The notes under the pieces are model-generated. The model was not told where the DNA came from. It saw nothing but the letters and a program-made list of their open reading frames with translations, and did no database searches. DNA of 64,000 nt from Phaeosaccion multiseriatum (lineage: Eukaryota; Protista; Ochrophyta, other classes), in contig OZ218956.1 in the NCBI GenBank assembly GCA_965112735.1, positions 1,302,001-1,366,000 on the forward strand. Direction: 5' to 3'. The first letter of the stretch is position 1, and every line of letters begins with the position of its first letter. The translations under genes and the position numbers were made by a program. Shown piece by piece: positions 38,240 to 50,300 of the stretch.

Positions 38240-40760
38240 GTGAGAGAGAGAGAGAGAGAGAAAGGGAGGGAGGGAGGGAGGAAGAGAGGCGCCGCAAATG
38301 GCCAATCGAATGATGAGAAGGCAAGAAAAGGAAGGGAGCCAAATCAGCATCAATCAATCAATCAATCATTTTCTCCCAGGTCAAGTGATTCTACATCTAC
38401 AACCTTCTTGTGTTGCTCTGTGTGCTCATTCAGCACCACCCTCACTGCCTCACCTCCGGCGCGATGGGCCACTTCTGCCGGGCGCCCTCCATGATGTGGT
38501 GGTGGAGCGCGAGACAAGCCACCTACATGGTTACAGTTACACGAACGGAGGGAAGGGGATGGTCAATCAGTCACTCCCTTTGTGCGATGTGGTTTCTCAC
38601 CACACCGTCCTTATCCGAACCGCAAGCACAGCATGCAAAGACGTCCCAACAACTCTCTATAAATACGACGAGCACCCTTCCTATTGGATACGCCCGCTTT
38701 CCACCCTCAACATCCCACCAAGCCGTGGCGTGGCAACTGCCTTGCTACACACCTTGCTTGCTCTCCCGAAGCACTCACTCACTTACTCACTCACTCACTC
38801 GCTCACTCACTCACTTACTCACTCACTCACTCACTCACTCAATCACTCACTCAATCACTCACTCACTCACTCACCCGCTCACTCACTCACTCACTCACTC
38901 AATCACCCGCTCACTCACTCGCTCACTCACTCACTCACTCACTCACTCACTCACTTACTCACTCTCTCACTCAATCAATCAATCAATCAATCAACGCCAA
39001 TTGCTCACCTTCATCATTCCCTCAGTGTCCAGATCGTCCATAGTGAGGCAGATCTGCACGCTGGACGTGCTGTTGCAGCGACGCAGAAGCAGACGAGGTT
39101 TTTTCTGTGCGATGCCCACGAGACAGGAGGAGAGACAAAACGGTTAAAGGCGGAGAAAAGGGCAAGGGGGGGGTGGGGTAACAAGGCATACAATGTACAG
39201 TATATAAGTATACCCAAGGCACCCCACAACTGCACACCCAGCACCCACACCCATTCCACATCCATATGGGTGCACAAATACGCACACACACACACATACA
39301 CACCAACACAACAACACACACACACACCCTTGCCCTGGCCTGACCTGTCCCAGCCTCCTGCTCCTGAGCGAGACGTGCTCCTGCATGAGGCTCACATCAA
39401 GCTGCGGCGTCGTGCGGAACAGGTGGTGTGGCTTGTGCGCTCGGGCGGTGGTGTTAAGGCTGAGTCAAGGGGGTCCGGGGAGGAGGGGGGGACGAAGGCA
39501 GCAAATGACACATGAGAACGCAAACAAAGAAGCCTTTCTTTGCCTCTCTTGGAATCGCTGGATTCATAGCTTCGAAGCCAAGTGTAAAATACATCCCACC
39601 CCCGAAAGGGCGAGAGAGTGAGAGAGATGGCAGAGACACCAACAGCGTAGTCGGTGCCTTGCTTCTCCCTCTCGGTCCCACACTACTCTAACGTTCCGCC
39701 CCTCCCCTCCCCTGGTATACCCTCGAAGATCAAAGAGCCTCGCTTTCATCCCTTCTCACCTCCCGCCCACAAAGTTCTGCCACTGGTGCGGGTCTGGATC
39801 TACGTCGTCGTCGTCGCTTTCGCTGCTCCACGAGTCCTCCTCCGTGCTTGACTTGGCCCTGGCACGCTCCTGTGGACGGTAGCACGCAGGACAAAGGTGG
39901 GGCAGAAGGTAGGTAGCGCGTGCGAGACGAAGCGGGGGGGGGCAATTGGTGAGGGGCAAGAGATCCTACACACCAAGCTGCAAGGTACACACCAATGACA
40001 TGGCAGAGGAGAAAGGAAACATAGAACTTTCTGAGTGTTTTCGGTTTCTGTAATACTGCTGCTGCTGCTGCTGCAGTTCGACGAGGAGGAAAGTAGCATA
40101 CGGAGCGAACACCCAACCCACCTGCAGCTCCTGCTGCCTCTTCCATACGTTCTCCTCCATCTCTGTGAAGAATTTCTCCATCTGTGGAGAAGTACGCTTC
40201 TTCTTGTGATCGCTCGGACGCCTGCTCGGGAGGTTGCGTATCGCAGTGCCATCACCACGGACCAGCAACGACAACGGAGGGGGTTAGCGTTTTATATGGG
40301 GAGAGGGTTCGATTACGGTGTACATGGAATAGAAAAAAGGGGGGGGGGGGGGGTATAGGACAAGGGAAGAGCACAAAGGGAGAGGCCGGTGGAAGCTCAA
40401 CGGGGGGGTGAACAGCTACCAAAACAACGGTGCGAATGCTACTTGCCTTTGAAGAGGGGTTGGAGCTGCGGTACCTCTGCCATTGGGGGGAAGACCTTGG
40501 GCCGGCAAAGGGTGCATTTCTCCAAAATTGAAGACGGTTGTGTCACCGTCCCCTTCGCCACTGCTGCTACTGCTGCTGCTGCTGCTCTTCCTGGCGCTGA
40601 CCAAGTACCCTCCAGCTCCTAAGGCATCTGAGCCACGCCGCGTGCCCTCCTCCTCCGCCTGCTCCCTCCGGCGCTCCGCCTCTTGGTGCTGGTGCTGCTC
40701 CAGCCGCTTGGGCTCCTCGGGCTGGCCGGCATATTGCTCGCACGAAGAGTGATTCCCCAT
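31391..40760 (-). CDS. Cyclin Y - calcium-dependent protein kinase (CDPK-like) fusion protein, 17 exons, about 1362 aa
   Basis: Exons 40760-40447, 40221-40122, 39869-39760, 39459-39345, 39104-39009, 38522-38454, 38143-38006, 37356-37144, 36935-36882, 36476-36380, 36248-36098, 35636-35540, 35224-34725, 34449-34102, 33776-32472, 32291-32150, 31630-31391. All intron phases are consistent and there is no internal stop. Confidence 0.72.
31655..31982. repeat. (GGGGA)n pentamer array upstream of the last acceptor of the kinase gene
   Basis: Direct inspection. Confidence 0.95.
35696..35932. repeat. (GGGA)n intronic array
   Basis: Direct inspection. Confidence 0.95.
37595..38005. repeat. 25/50-bp minisatellite starting at a splice donor
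   Basis: Unit GTACCTACCAGACACCCAAGTGCAT/GCACCTACCATGCACCCAAGTGCAT, about 16 subunits. Confidence 0.92.
38772..38993. repeat. (TCAC)n/(TCAA)n intronic array, (GTGA)n on the sense strand
   Basis: Direct inspection. Confidence 0.9.
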
Positions 40761-41180
40761 CCTCCAGCTCTACAATATCACACACCTGGCTCCTCTTTTC
40801 TCCACATATAACTCTTTACTGTATTTCATTCTCTCCAGCTTCAAGTTCGGGGCTGGTACCTGAAACTCGTATTCTGTCTGTATCCGGGTCACCCTTGGAA
40901 GAACTTTGCCACCGCCACCTCAACAGCAATCAGTAACCGGTTTTCTCCTTGGTACATAGATACATTGGGAGCGACAAGGCAAGGTTGGGGGCAGGGGGTG
41001 AATGATTCCGACGAGTGATGCGACGTGCCTGCGCTGAGTGAAGGGGGCGGGCTGGGAAGCACAGCACGAAAAATTCAGAAAATTGCACGTGGAAAGGTGC
41101 TTGTGCAGGTCTAGACAAGGGAAGCTCAGAAATTGAGGGAGACAAAGGAAGAGGGTGTGGGGAGCCGCCAATAACAAAGG

Positions 41181-43538
41181 ATGGAGGCTGACCTTATCAC
41201 GAGACCCAGAGTGTACGCCACCACCAACCGAGGTGATGCGTCGAGGCTGATTCCAGAAGGAGACGTGCTCCTGCCCACCCAACCTGGGGAGGTCAGCGAT
41301 GGAGGTGAGAGCAGGGCGATGGTGTACCGCCAAGAGGGCGAGGGTGGAAAGCAAGAGCCAAGAGATTCGTGGTACATTCCCCGAGCGGAGGCTGAAGCGG
41401 CCTGAGGCTGACGAGGAACCTTCCGTGTTCACAACCTTTCTCCGAACACGACAAACTCTTCCGCAGTCTTCCCCTGTCTCACTCTCACTCACTCGCTCCC
41501 TTCCGACCCTTGCTTCCACCATCCATGCTTTTCCTCTCCAGACATACTCTTCCGGCACGCTGTAGTCAGTCTGGATGCGGGCAAGACATTCTCCTGGGGC
41601 CGAGCCATTGGAGGCGTGCTGGGTCGCCCCAACTCACGAGACTCATCCACCCCTCGGCTGATCCGCTCCTTGAACCATTGCAAGATTCGAGTTGTGTCCT
41701 GCGGTGAGGAGCACTCCCTGGTGCTCTCTCAGGCAGGCCTTGTATTCTCCTGGGGCGACGACTCTGTCAATCAATGTGGAGTGCGAAGCCAAGGCACACG
41801 CATATCTGTTGAGCAGCCCACGAGAGTGGACTTGCTTGGTGCGGGTGAAGGGGGTCTGGGTTTGGAGCGCTGCATTGATGTGAGTGCGGGTAGGAACTTT
41901 AGCGCCGCTGTGACGGAGACGGGGGCGGTCTTCACATGGGGCCTTTCTGAAGACGGTGAGTCACATGTGGTCAGTCACATTCCTCCCTGCATGGCGTTGA
42001 GGGAGGGACAGGAATGGTGTTGGGGGCGAAACAGAACTTTCCTTCAATTCTTGCTTACCACCCCGCTTTGTCCCCCCCCCCCCCTCCCGTTGGCGCAGGG
42101 CAAACTGGGCATGGATCCGCATGGGCAGGAGTGGGGCGCTCCCATCTCCCCTTCAGGTACTGTAACGGGAGGAGACTTGCTCTTGTATTGCACGTCTCTC
42201 TCGCGTGGCCCCACTGTCTCTTCGACTCTCTCTCTCTCTCTCTGAGTCCTTAACTCTCTACCCCTCTTCGCCTCCCTTCCTCCCTTTCTCCCTCCCTCCC
42301 TCCCTCCCTCTCTCTCACACACCCTCCCTCGCCCCTCCCTCGCCCCTCCCTCGCCCCTCCCTCGCCCCTCCCTCCCCTCTCTCTACCGCCTGTGTAGACT
42401 GTCCGACTTCGGCGGGCCCAACAGCCCATGCAACCCTGTCAAAAGGATCGCGTGCGGCAGGCGCCACGCCGTTGCCGTTACCGTGGAGGCGGAGCTGTAT
42501 TCCTGGGGCGTCGATGGCCTCTCCCCCTCAGGCGGCTACTCCCCTACTCGCTGCACAGCCCTCTTCAACGTCCGCATCGACCGTGCTTGCTGTGGTAACT
42601 TCTCCACCGCGGCCCTCTCGGAGGAAGGAATTGTCTTTGTGTGGGTGTCTGCGGGTATCGGCGAAGGAGCGGCGGTCTTTCAGACCTCCGTGTCTGACTC
42701 CAAACCCTGGAGTCCCGGGGAGACCAAGGCGAGCCCGGTAGGCAAGTCCACCACTCACCCTCGGCCTCTTATGTTTGGCGGAGGGGTGCGAGTGAGCAGC
42801 ATTGCCTGTGGCATCAAGAATTTGAGTGTAACCTGTGCTGACGGCACTGGCTTCATCTACACCGAGCCTCACCTCCCCTTCTTGGGCCAGGCAGTGGCAA
42901 GAATGAGCAACGCCCGGGCCGTCAAATGCGGTGACGGGGTGTGCATGGCCCTCCCCCTTCGCCGCTCGTGGCCGAGCTCCAGGCGATTGGTAGAGGCACT
43001 TGCGCAGCGCGCCGACGTGGACACAGGAGGGGCGGGGGTAGGAGGAGAGGAAAGAGAGAGCAGCACAGGAGGCGACCACGAGGAGGAGGAGAAGAAGGAA
43101 GAGGGGGAGGTGGAGGAGGAGGTGAAGGAGGAGGAGGAGGAGAAGGAGGAGGAGAAGGAGGAGGACGACGACAATGAGGAGGAGGGAGGGGAGAAGGAGG
43201 AGGAGGGGGGGGGGGGAGGGAAAGGCATGCTGCAGAAGCACTTTCGCCGGCTCCTCGAGAGCGGCGAGGGGGCTGACACAAGCGTACGCTGCGCGGGGGG
43301 GAGGGTGATGCGCGCCCACTCCTTCGTGTTGCACGTGTTCCTCGCAGAGGAGGCGAGGCTTCGCTTTCGGACGGCGGAATGCAGGTGGGGCCTTGACGGT
43401 GCTGCGTGGGAGAGGTGAGTGGGGGGGGGGGTTGTGTAGTGTCAATCGGTCCTGTGTGTGTGAGAGAGAGAGAGAGTGCAAGTGAGCCGCGAAGTGTGAG
43501 GAGCTCCTTCTTCTTCTCTTCTAGTTTCTCGTCCAGTC

Positions 43539-43587
<49 letters not shown>

Positions 43588-44619
43588 TGAGTGACTGATC
43601 CTAACCAAGGCTGTACTGGTCTCCTTGTCCTCATCCTATTCTGGGTGTCTGCTGTTGTGCACCTACCTCCCTCTGCAGGTACACTCTGGACATGAGTGAG
43701 TTCAGCCCCCTCGTCACCGCCGTCTTTCTCATGCACCTCTACACCGGTGAGCAGGACTGGCTTGTGCTAGATTCTTTCTTTGCTCCGTCTGTCTCTCTTT
43801 GTAGAGCCTCTTTCCCTTCCCTCTCTCTCTTATCTCTCTCACACACTGACCCTTCTCACTCGTGCTCTCTCTTTCTTTCCCCATTTTGTGCGGTTCACAA
43901 CCAAACCAAACAGGAGAGCCTGTTACTGGCTTACTCCCCCTCGACGCGGGGGGTCAGCAGGAGGGCCGGGCAGGCGTGCAAGCGTTACGAAGCCTTGGAT
44001 GCCGGGTGGACGACACCGCTGTGACCGAGGAGACGGAGGAGGAAGGGTTCGCGTCTCCAGAACGGCGCCACCGGTCCCCGTCACTCTCTCCAATGTCATC
44101 GGATATTGATTCCCCTTGGGCCGAGGGCGGATGTTGCTCCATTTGCCTGATGGGGGTGGTGGATGCCTTCTCTCCGGGGGTTTTGGATGAGTGGGGCCCC
44201 ACCGCGCCTGCAGATAGCGCCAGGCCGGAGAGGCTTGCGTGTGGTCATGTCTTGCACAGAGGATGCCGGAGGAAGCTGGAGAGGGGGGGGTCTACGACGT
44301 GCCCTGTGTGTAGGAGGGACTTTCGGGGAGGAGGAGGAGCAACCGCAACGGTACTGGCAGAGTCTCTCTCACGCCTGTCGCAGCCTCCTGGAGTTGTCCA
44401 TCCCCCGCTGCCCTCGGCCACCGAGGAGAGGGAGGCCTTTGGGAGTGCCGTTTACAGCACTTTGCGAGTGTCGGGGGCGAGGCAGGGGGGAGATTTGTCC
44501 TTGGTGTTTGTTGATGGGAGCCGGCAGTTGGTCCATTGGGCCATTGTGCAGTCTTCGCCACCTTTGTATTACTACCTCAAGGACCTCTGGCAAGGGCAGG
44601 GGCGGCCTCCAAGAGCACA

Positions 44620-44661
<42 letters not shown>

Positions 44662-45631
44662 TGGTTACACAGCAGCAGGAGGAGGAGCAGCAGCACCACC
44701 ACCACCGCCTCCCGCAGAGCCCTCCGTGGCAGAGGTGCGCATCCCCTCTCACCTGTTTGGGTCGAGAGTGTGTGTGTGTGTGTTAGAGGTGCTGTACGGA
44801 AGAGACGCAACCGTCGCTTTGGATGAGGCGCTACTCAGCCTGCCCGAGCGGATAAACTGCACGGCGGAATGCGTCAACATTCTGGCTGTGGCCGCCCTCC
44901 TCGGGCTTACTGGGCTCGCGGCGGCGGCTGAGGACAAGCTGCTGGAAGCATTTGAGCGCTCCTGCTCGAGCATCTCGGGGGAGGTAGTCCCGCGGAGACT
45001 GGCCATGTGGAGTCGTCCCCAGCAGGGACAGCAGCAGCAGCAGCAGCGGCAGCAGCAGCAGCAGCGGTGGCAGCAGCAGCAGCAGCAGGGGCAGCAGGGG
45101 CAGGGGCAGGACAGCAGCGGCAGCGGGTGGAGGACGAGGCTGCGTCTGAGGCGTCGACGATCTTACGCCCAGCAGCGACGGCAGCATCATGCCCAGGACT
45201 CTGAGCAGGAGCGACAGGGGCAGCAACTGGGGTATCGCCAACCTCGTCAGCGGAGGTTTTCCTCCGTGGTGGACATTCTGCGGGGTGAGAGAGTAAGCCA
45301 GACCAGTCTCGAGCTTGCACGTCGGCTCCTAATCACCACGTCGAGCTGCTTCAACGAGACTCGGTCCTGCCTCCTCCCTCACTGGATGCGTCAGAAGGAG
45401 GGCTTTAGTCAGTGCGAGCGCGAGGAGGCCATGAAGGTGGAGGCCGTGCGGCTCCGCGTCGGTATACTTGGACTGTTGATGTTCACCCTGCCGCAAGCGC
45501 TCTCCTCCTCCTCCTCCTCTTCCTCCTCCTCGCCCCAGCCCGAGCTCACCTTTCGCAGGCATGTGTTCGGGCTGTCCACCCATGCGCTCATTGGGGAGCT
45601 GAGCATGATGATCGACGTAGCATCGTCATAG
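41181..45631 (+). CDS. RCC1-repeat / BTB / RING-H2 / BTB protein (putative ubiquitin-ligase component), multi-exon
   Basis: RCC1 repeats (VSCGEEHSLVLSQAGLVFSWG, VSAGRNFSAAVTETGAVFTWG..GQTGHG, IACGRRHAVAVTVEAELYSWG); BTB (ADTSVRCAGGRVMRAHSFVL..FLMHLYTG); RING-H2 CSIC..CGHVLHRGC..CPVC at 44135-44311; second BTB-like region (GDLSLVFVDGSRQLVHWAIV..VLEVLYG). Confidence 0.85.
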
Positions 45632-46472
45632 TCAAAGGGTTGTTTGTGGTTTTGTATGAAAGGAAAAGGGATTGTCAAAATGTTTTTTTTTTTTAAATTT
45701 TGTGTGTATTAATTAAAAATGAAGAGCGCGAAGAATTCTCGCCTGATTCCTGGTGGAACAGAGAGGAAGCCCGGCCTAGGTTCACGCCCTCACTCACGCC
45801 CTCACACACACACACACACACCACTCCTCCTCAAGTTCCGTTCACTTCTACTGCGTATGCTATCAATTCTGTGCATACCCCCGCTCTTGCCAACACAAGT
45901 CACAGTCCTGACCAGATGGCAGTCACAACAGGGTGAGGCCGTCGCTCCCGAGCGCCTCATCACGATCCCAACCACAACCACATCCTATGGAATTGCCTGC
46001 ATGGTTTGCCGTACTCCCTTCAGTCCCGCCAGGCCGAATTGAAGCTGCTCTCTACCGGACAGCCCAAATGCCTTGCGCAGGTAGAGACCAGCGTAATCAG
46101 TGTACTTACTTACTCACCCACCGGCCTGGCGGGACTTTATGACTGTAGCTTCTCGTGACACAGGGCCGCCGAGGAAAGCCCTACAAGAAGGCAAATGATA
46201 CAGTCACAAACACCCTCACTGCACTCACTGGTCCTTACATGGGACGATGAACATCCAAGGTGGAAGTGCTCAGCAGGGAGCCAAGCAGCAGAGAGGTCCC
46301 TAATCAGGAAGAAATAAACCAATTCGAGCACGTCTCTGACTTGTTTTCTGTGTGTGATCCCTGAGACTGACCATCTTGGAGGGTTTGATCGTCCACGCGC
46401 AGACCGGCCAAGAAGCAAGAACGGCAGCTGCCCAGCAATTCCGTATCCACATAGCCAAAAGCCATTAATCGA

Positions 46473-46908
46473 TTAGTGGCTCTCTTCTTCTGCGTCTCTC
46501 TTGGCTGCGTCCTCCGCAAGTTCTGCCTCTCGCATGCCCTTGAACTGTGCAAAGCGCCGGTCGTCGGAGTTCTCCTTGAGGCACTCGGTCAGCAGGTTGT
46601 TCAACTCGCGGCACTTCCAAAGCACGGAGAGGCCCGACTCCTTGGCACACTCGGCAAACACCTTCACCTCTGATGCGCACATGTGCAGGGCCACCTCGTT
46701 TAGCTCCTCTCGCAGGTGCTGGGGGGAGGGTGGTTGGTGGACGCAATGAATGACTCACAAACTTTTCGCATCGCCCCGCTTTTCTTTCCTTCGTCCACCC
46801 ACCTACCATGTCCGCCTTGCGTGACCAGGTCAGCCGTGCGCTCCTTCCTGAGTCTCTAACCTTGCCCGCATCGGGTAGTGAGTGTTGCTGTTGGCCTTCA
46901 GCGCTCAT
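46473..46908 (-). CDS. CMC1: COX assembly mitochondrial protein with twin Cx9C motifs, 2 exons
   Basis: WSRKADM|HLREELNEVALHMC-x9-CAKESGLSVLWKC-x9-CLK. Confidence 0.85.
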
Positions 46909-47347
46909 AGCAAAAAAAAGGCCCACTCTGTGAGACAAGTTCCTGCTGCAGAGAGGTTAATATCGAGCCTCTACCTACAGTGGAGAGGGCAAAGGGAAAG
47001 AAAGGACCTTTTCCGGAAGAGAAGAAGAGAAAAAGCGATGGAAGAAGAGAGAGATTTGGAAGAGATCGCGTGGGGGTGGAGAGGGGGGGGGGTGGAATGC
47101 GAAGTGGAATGCGAAGTTTCAGCGTGTTAGATTTCTTTGCGCCACATAGGAATCATTAAATCATTTCATCAAACAATAAAGAGAGTGTGCGAAGGAGAAG
47201 TGACTGTTGTTCCTGGTGCTGGTGCTGGTGCTGCCACTACTGCTGGAAGTGTTGCTTAAAGTGCCGCTTGCCGTACCACAGCAACGAGGCTCTTCGTGAA
47301 CATGCGTTGGTCAGCCCGTCTTTAGTCCGTGGCCAGGCCACGCAGTC

Positions 47348-50300
47348 ATGTCAGCCGCTATGGCCGTAGCGCTGCTGCTTCTCTTAAGTGGAAGTGGCAC
47401 GAGCAGTAGCAGAAGCAGCGGAACCACGGCCAGCAATGTGTGCAGCGCATTTCAGGTTCCTGCGAGTGGGCGTGGGCTCGAGGGTACTCAGAAGCCACAA
47501 CAGGCGCGGCACCTACAAGCACAGCAGCAGCGGCGGCGGCGAAGCTACATTTGCCGCAACTCAAGATCTGATGGAAGGGGTAGCAGAGGCAGGGACGGCT
47601 GGAGGAGCAGCTCGCGCTTACGGAGTCGCCCTCAGCGCGACGCTCTGGAGCAGCAGTACCAGCTCAGGTCACGGGGTGGGTGGGGTCATTTTAGCAGTGT
47701 TGGGAAAGGGGCGCTACTACGGGGGCTAGGAGGGGGGATAGTAGCATCGGATGGGGCACGAGCTGCGTCCGTTGTCATGAAGGTGGCAGCGAGAGGGGGC
47801 GAGGGAACTGCAGCAGTCGCGCGCACGCCAAGGGGGCAGAAGCTCAGAGTGCTGAGCTGGATAAAGCAGGTTGGTTGGTGCGTGCATGTGCGTGTCTGTG
47901 TTTCCACCTTTGCCTTCGAGGAATACGTACGCCACCTCCCCACTTCCCACGTAGCGCCGCTTCACCCCCCGCTCTGTTTCCCAACCCCCCCTTGCCCGAC
48001 ACAGGTCCGAAGCGACCTCACGAGCGCAGAGTTCGTGTCCAATCTAGAGGTGGAGGGCACCGGGGGGGGCGCAGAAGACGGAGGACCTGTGGACTACGAC
48101 ACAGTCGCTCTGAGATTGGAGAGGAGTCTGGGTCAGATTGAGACTGGCCTCATCACGGACGTCAATGACACAGTGTCCGAGAAGGAGGTGAGGGGTGAGG
48201 GATCCCTGGCGATTTTGGAAAAGAAAGACACCTTGCACACGCACACACACAGAACACTCGCACCCCCCCCCCCCCCCCCCTTATATACCCCATGTGCTGG
48301 TCTTGTGGGCTTGTTACTCATACGTACGGTGGTGTAAAAGAGTTGAAACTCCCTCCCTTGGCCCCTAATGATTCTCTCCTTCATTCTCTCTTCACCTCGT
48401 AGCTCAATGACTTGAAGCAACGCCTCAGTAGGACTATCATGGCCATGAAGCGTGCCTCTTCCAACGTAGCTGCCGGGAAGAGGAGAGCGCAGGAAGGAGA
48501 CTCCACCAAGGAGACGGCGCCGAGCAAAGGGGCAAAGGGGGGCCAAGAGAAGGTGGACAAGTCAGGTGAGCTCGTACAGATGAGACACTTTTGGGTGGCT
48601 GGGAACACCCTCACCTCTGTCTCTCTCAGGTCCATGTATGATATGTGTAAGGCTTTTCTTCCGGCTTTTCTTGCAATCAGACGACGATGAACCAGTCTTT
48701 TGTTTTGCTCTCTCTTTGTCCCGTGCGCTACGGGTGCGGGGGTGTGTTTGTGCGGGCGTGCGTGCGTGCGTGCGTGCGGGCGGGCGTGCGTTTGTGGTCC
48801 TCGTTCTCATCGCTTCTGGGCAACAACCACAAATCCCTCTGTGACTCAACGAACCTCCTCTGCTTTCTGTCTGTGTGCCTCTCGCGGAACAGGAGGGGGC
48901 GTGAGTGGTGTCAAACAGGCCTTGGGAGATGTGAGCATGCCGGAGTTTGGCGTTTTTCTCCGCCAGGACGGGACTGTTGATTGGGACGGCGCCATTCAAT
49001 CAGGGCAAGGCTTGGCCCGCTTTGGACAGGAGCTGTGGGACCGAATCAACGGACAGAGTCCAGAACACGGGGGAGGAGGGGAGCAGCAGGAGGGCCATAG
49101 CGACAGTCAGAAGCAGCAGCAACAGCAGCAGCAGGATACCAAAGGAGGGGTGGTTGACATTGAGGATACGCCTCTGCTTGTGAAGCTCAAGCACAAGGAG
49201 GAGAGGCTCATGGACGTGGAGGTGAAGCTGGCAGAGGCGGTGGCTCAGGTACGCGAGGGCGTGAGTGCGTGTGACACGATAGTAGTCGAAGGAGACGAAA
49301 CGCGAGCAGTGAGCCCCGGAGGATTCAGAGGCAGAAGCAAGCAGGGGTGGGGTGTGAGCGAGCAAGCAAGCAATCAATGGGCATGAAGGGGCTCTGCTCC
49401 GCTCAGGCGTGGAGGACTCGGCGCCGCTCGCCTCCGCTCCTCCATCCCTGTTCCCGATCGCGCCCCCCCTGAAGCTTTTTATGCCTCCAATCGTCCGCGC
49501 TTTTCGCCCCACGCACACCTGAACCACCACCGGCAACATTCACCACACCCACCCTCGCTCGCCCTGCGCGTGAATACCCACACTCCTACCCCCCTCCCTA
49601 TCCCTCTCCCCTCTCCTTCTCTACCCTGTTGTCCGCCCCATCTACCCTACTCTCTTCCCCCCCTCTCCTCTCCCCTCTCCTGCCCGGCCCAAACCACCTC
49701 ATCTGCTCTACTCCCCGCCCCCCTCTCTCCTCCTCCCTCCACCCTTCATAGGCCAAAAAGGAGCTGATGGCAGTCGTAAAGACACAGCTACAGACGGGCG
49801 AGGGGCTGTCGGAGGAGGACGAGGAGGAGGAGCTGTTTAGCACTAGTGCCTCGGTGAAGCAGACTGCTCAGATACAGGTGTGTGCGTGTGCGTGTGCGTG
49901 TGCGAGTGTGTGAGTGCGATGAAAGAAAAGGAAACAGGGCAGACTGGAGGGGGGGGCAGCTCGGCGGTGGGCATGAGTTTGGGGCCAATATGCCCAAATA
50001 CCCGTTTGCTTCGCCAGGCTGGCTACCTGAGTGGTGACCGGCCGGAGCGTGAAAGTACTTTGCTCAGCAGTGGCCTTCCAACTCAAATCAAATGCGCCGC
50101 TTTGTTCTGCTTTACTGTGCGGCACATCGAATTCGCCTCTCCTCCCCTCCTCTCCCTCTCCTCCATAACCTCATTCATTGCCCCCTCTGCCCTCTCTGCT
50201 CTCCCCCACCGCGAAACCCCACCCCCCCTCCCTTCCTCTTCCTACCTTCCAGGTCCGCCTGAAGGAGGAGGCCCTTTCCTCTCTGCAGCGTCGCCTCCGC

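Larger units (their letters stand above)
36380..39104 (-). other. CCNY: Cyclin Y domain portion of the fusion gene
   Basis: RRCNSTSS, FHIFDD, FKTAQLEKDCVIMSLIYIEK..NWHSILLSGLVLASKVWDDLSMWNCDFSK, RINELEVAVLQVLQYNVRVSSGCFARYYFHLR. The gene N-terminus MGNHSSC resembles the myristoylated cyclin Y start. Confidence 0.93.

Noticed and set aside
45840-46470. Complex-sequence short ORFs between the RCC1 gene and CMC1
   Set aside because: No recognisable homology or splice chain; probably UTR or intergenic.
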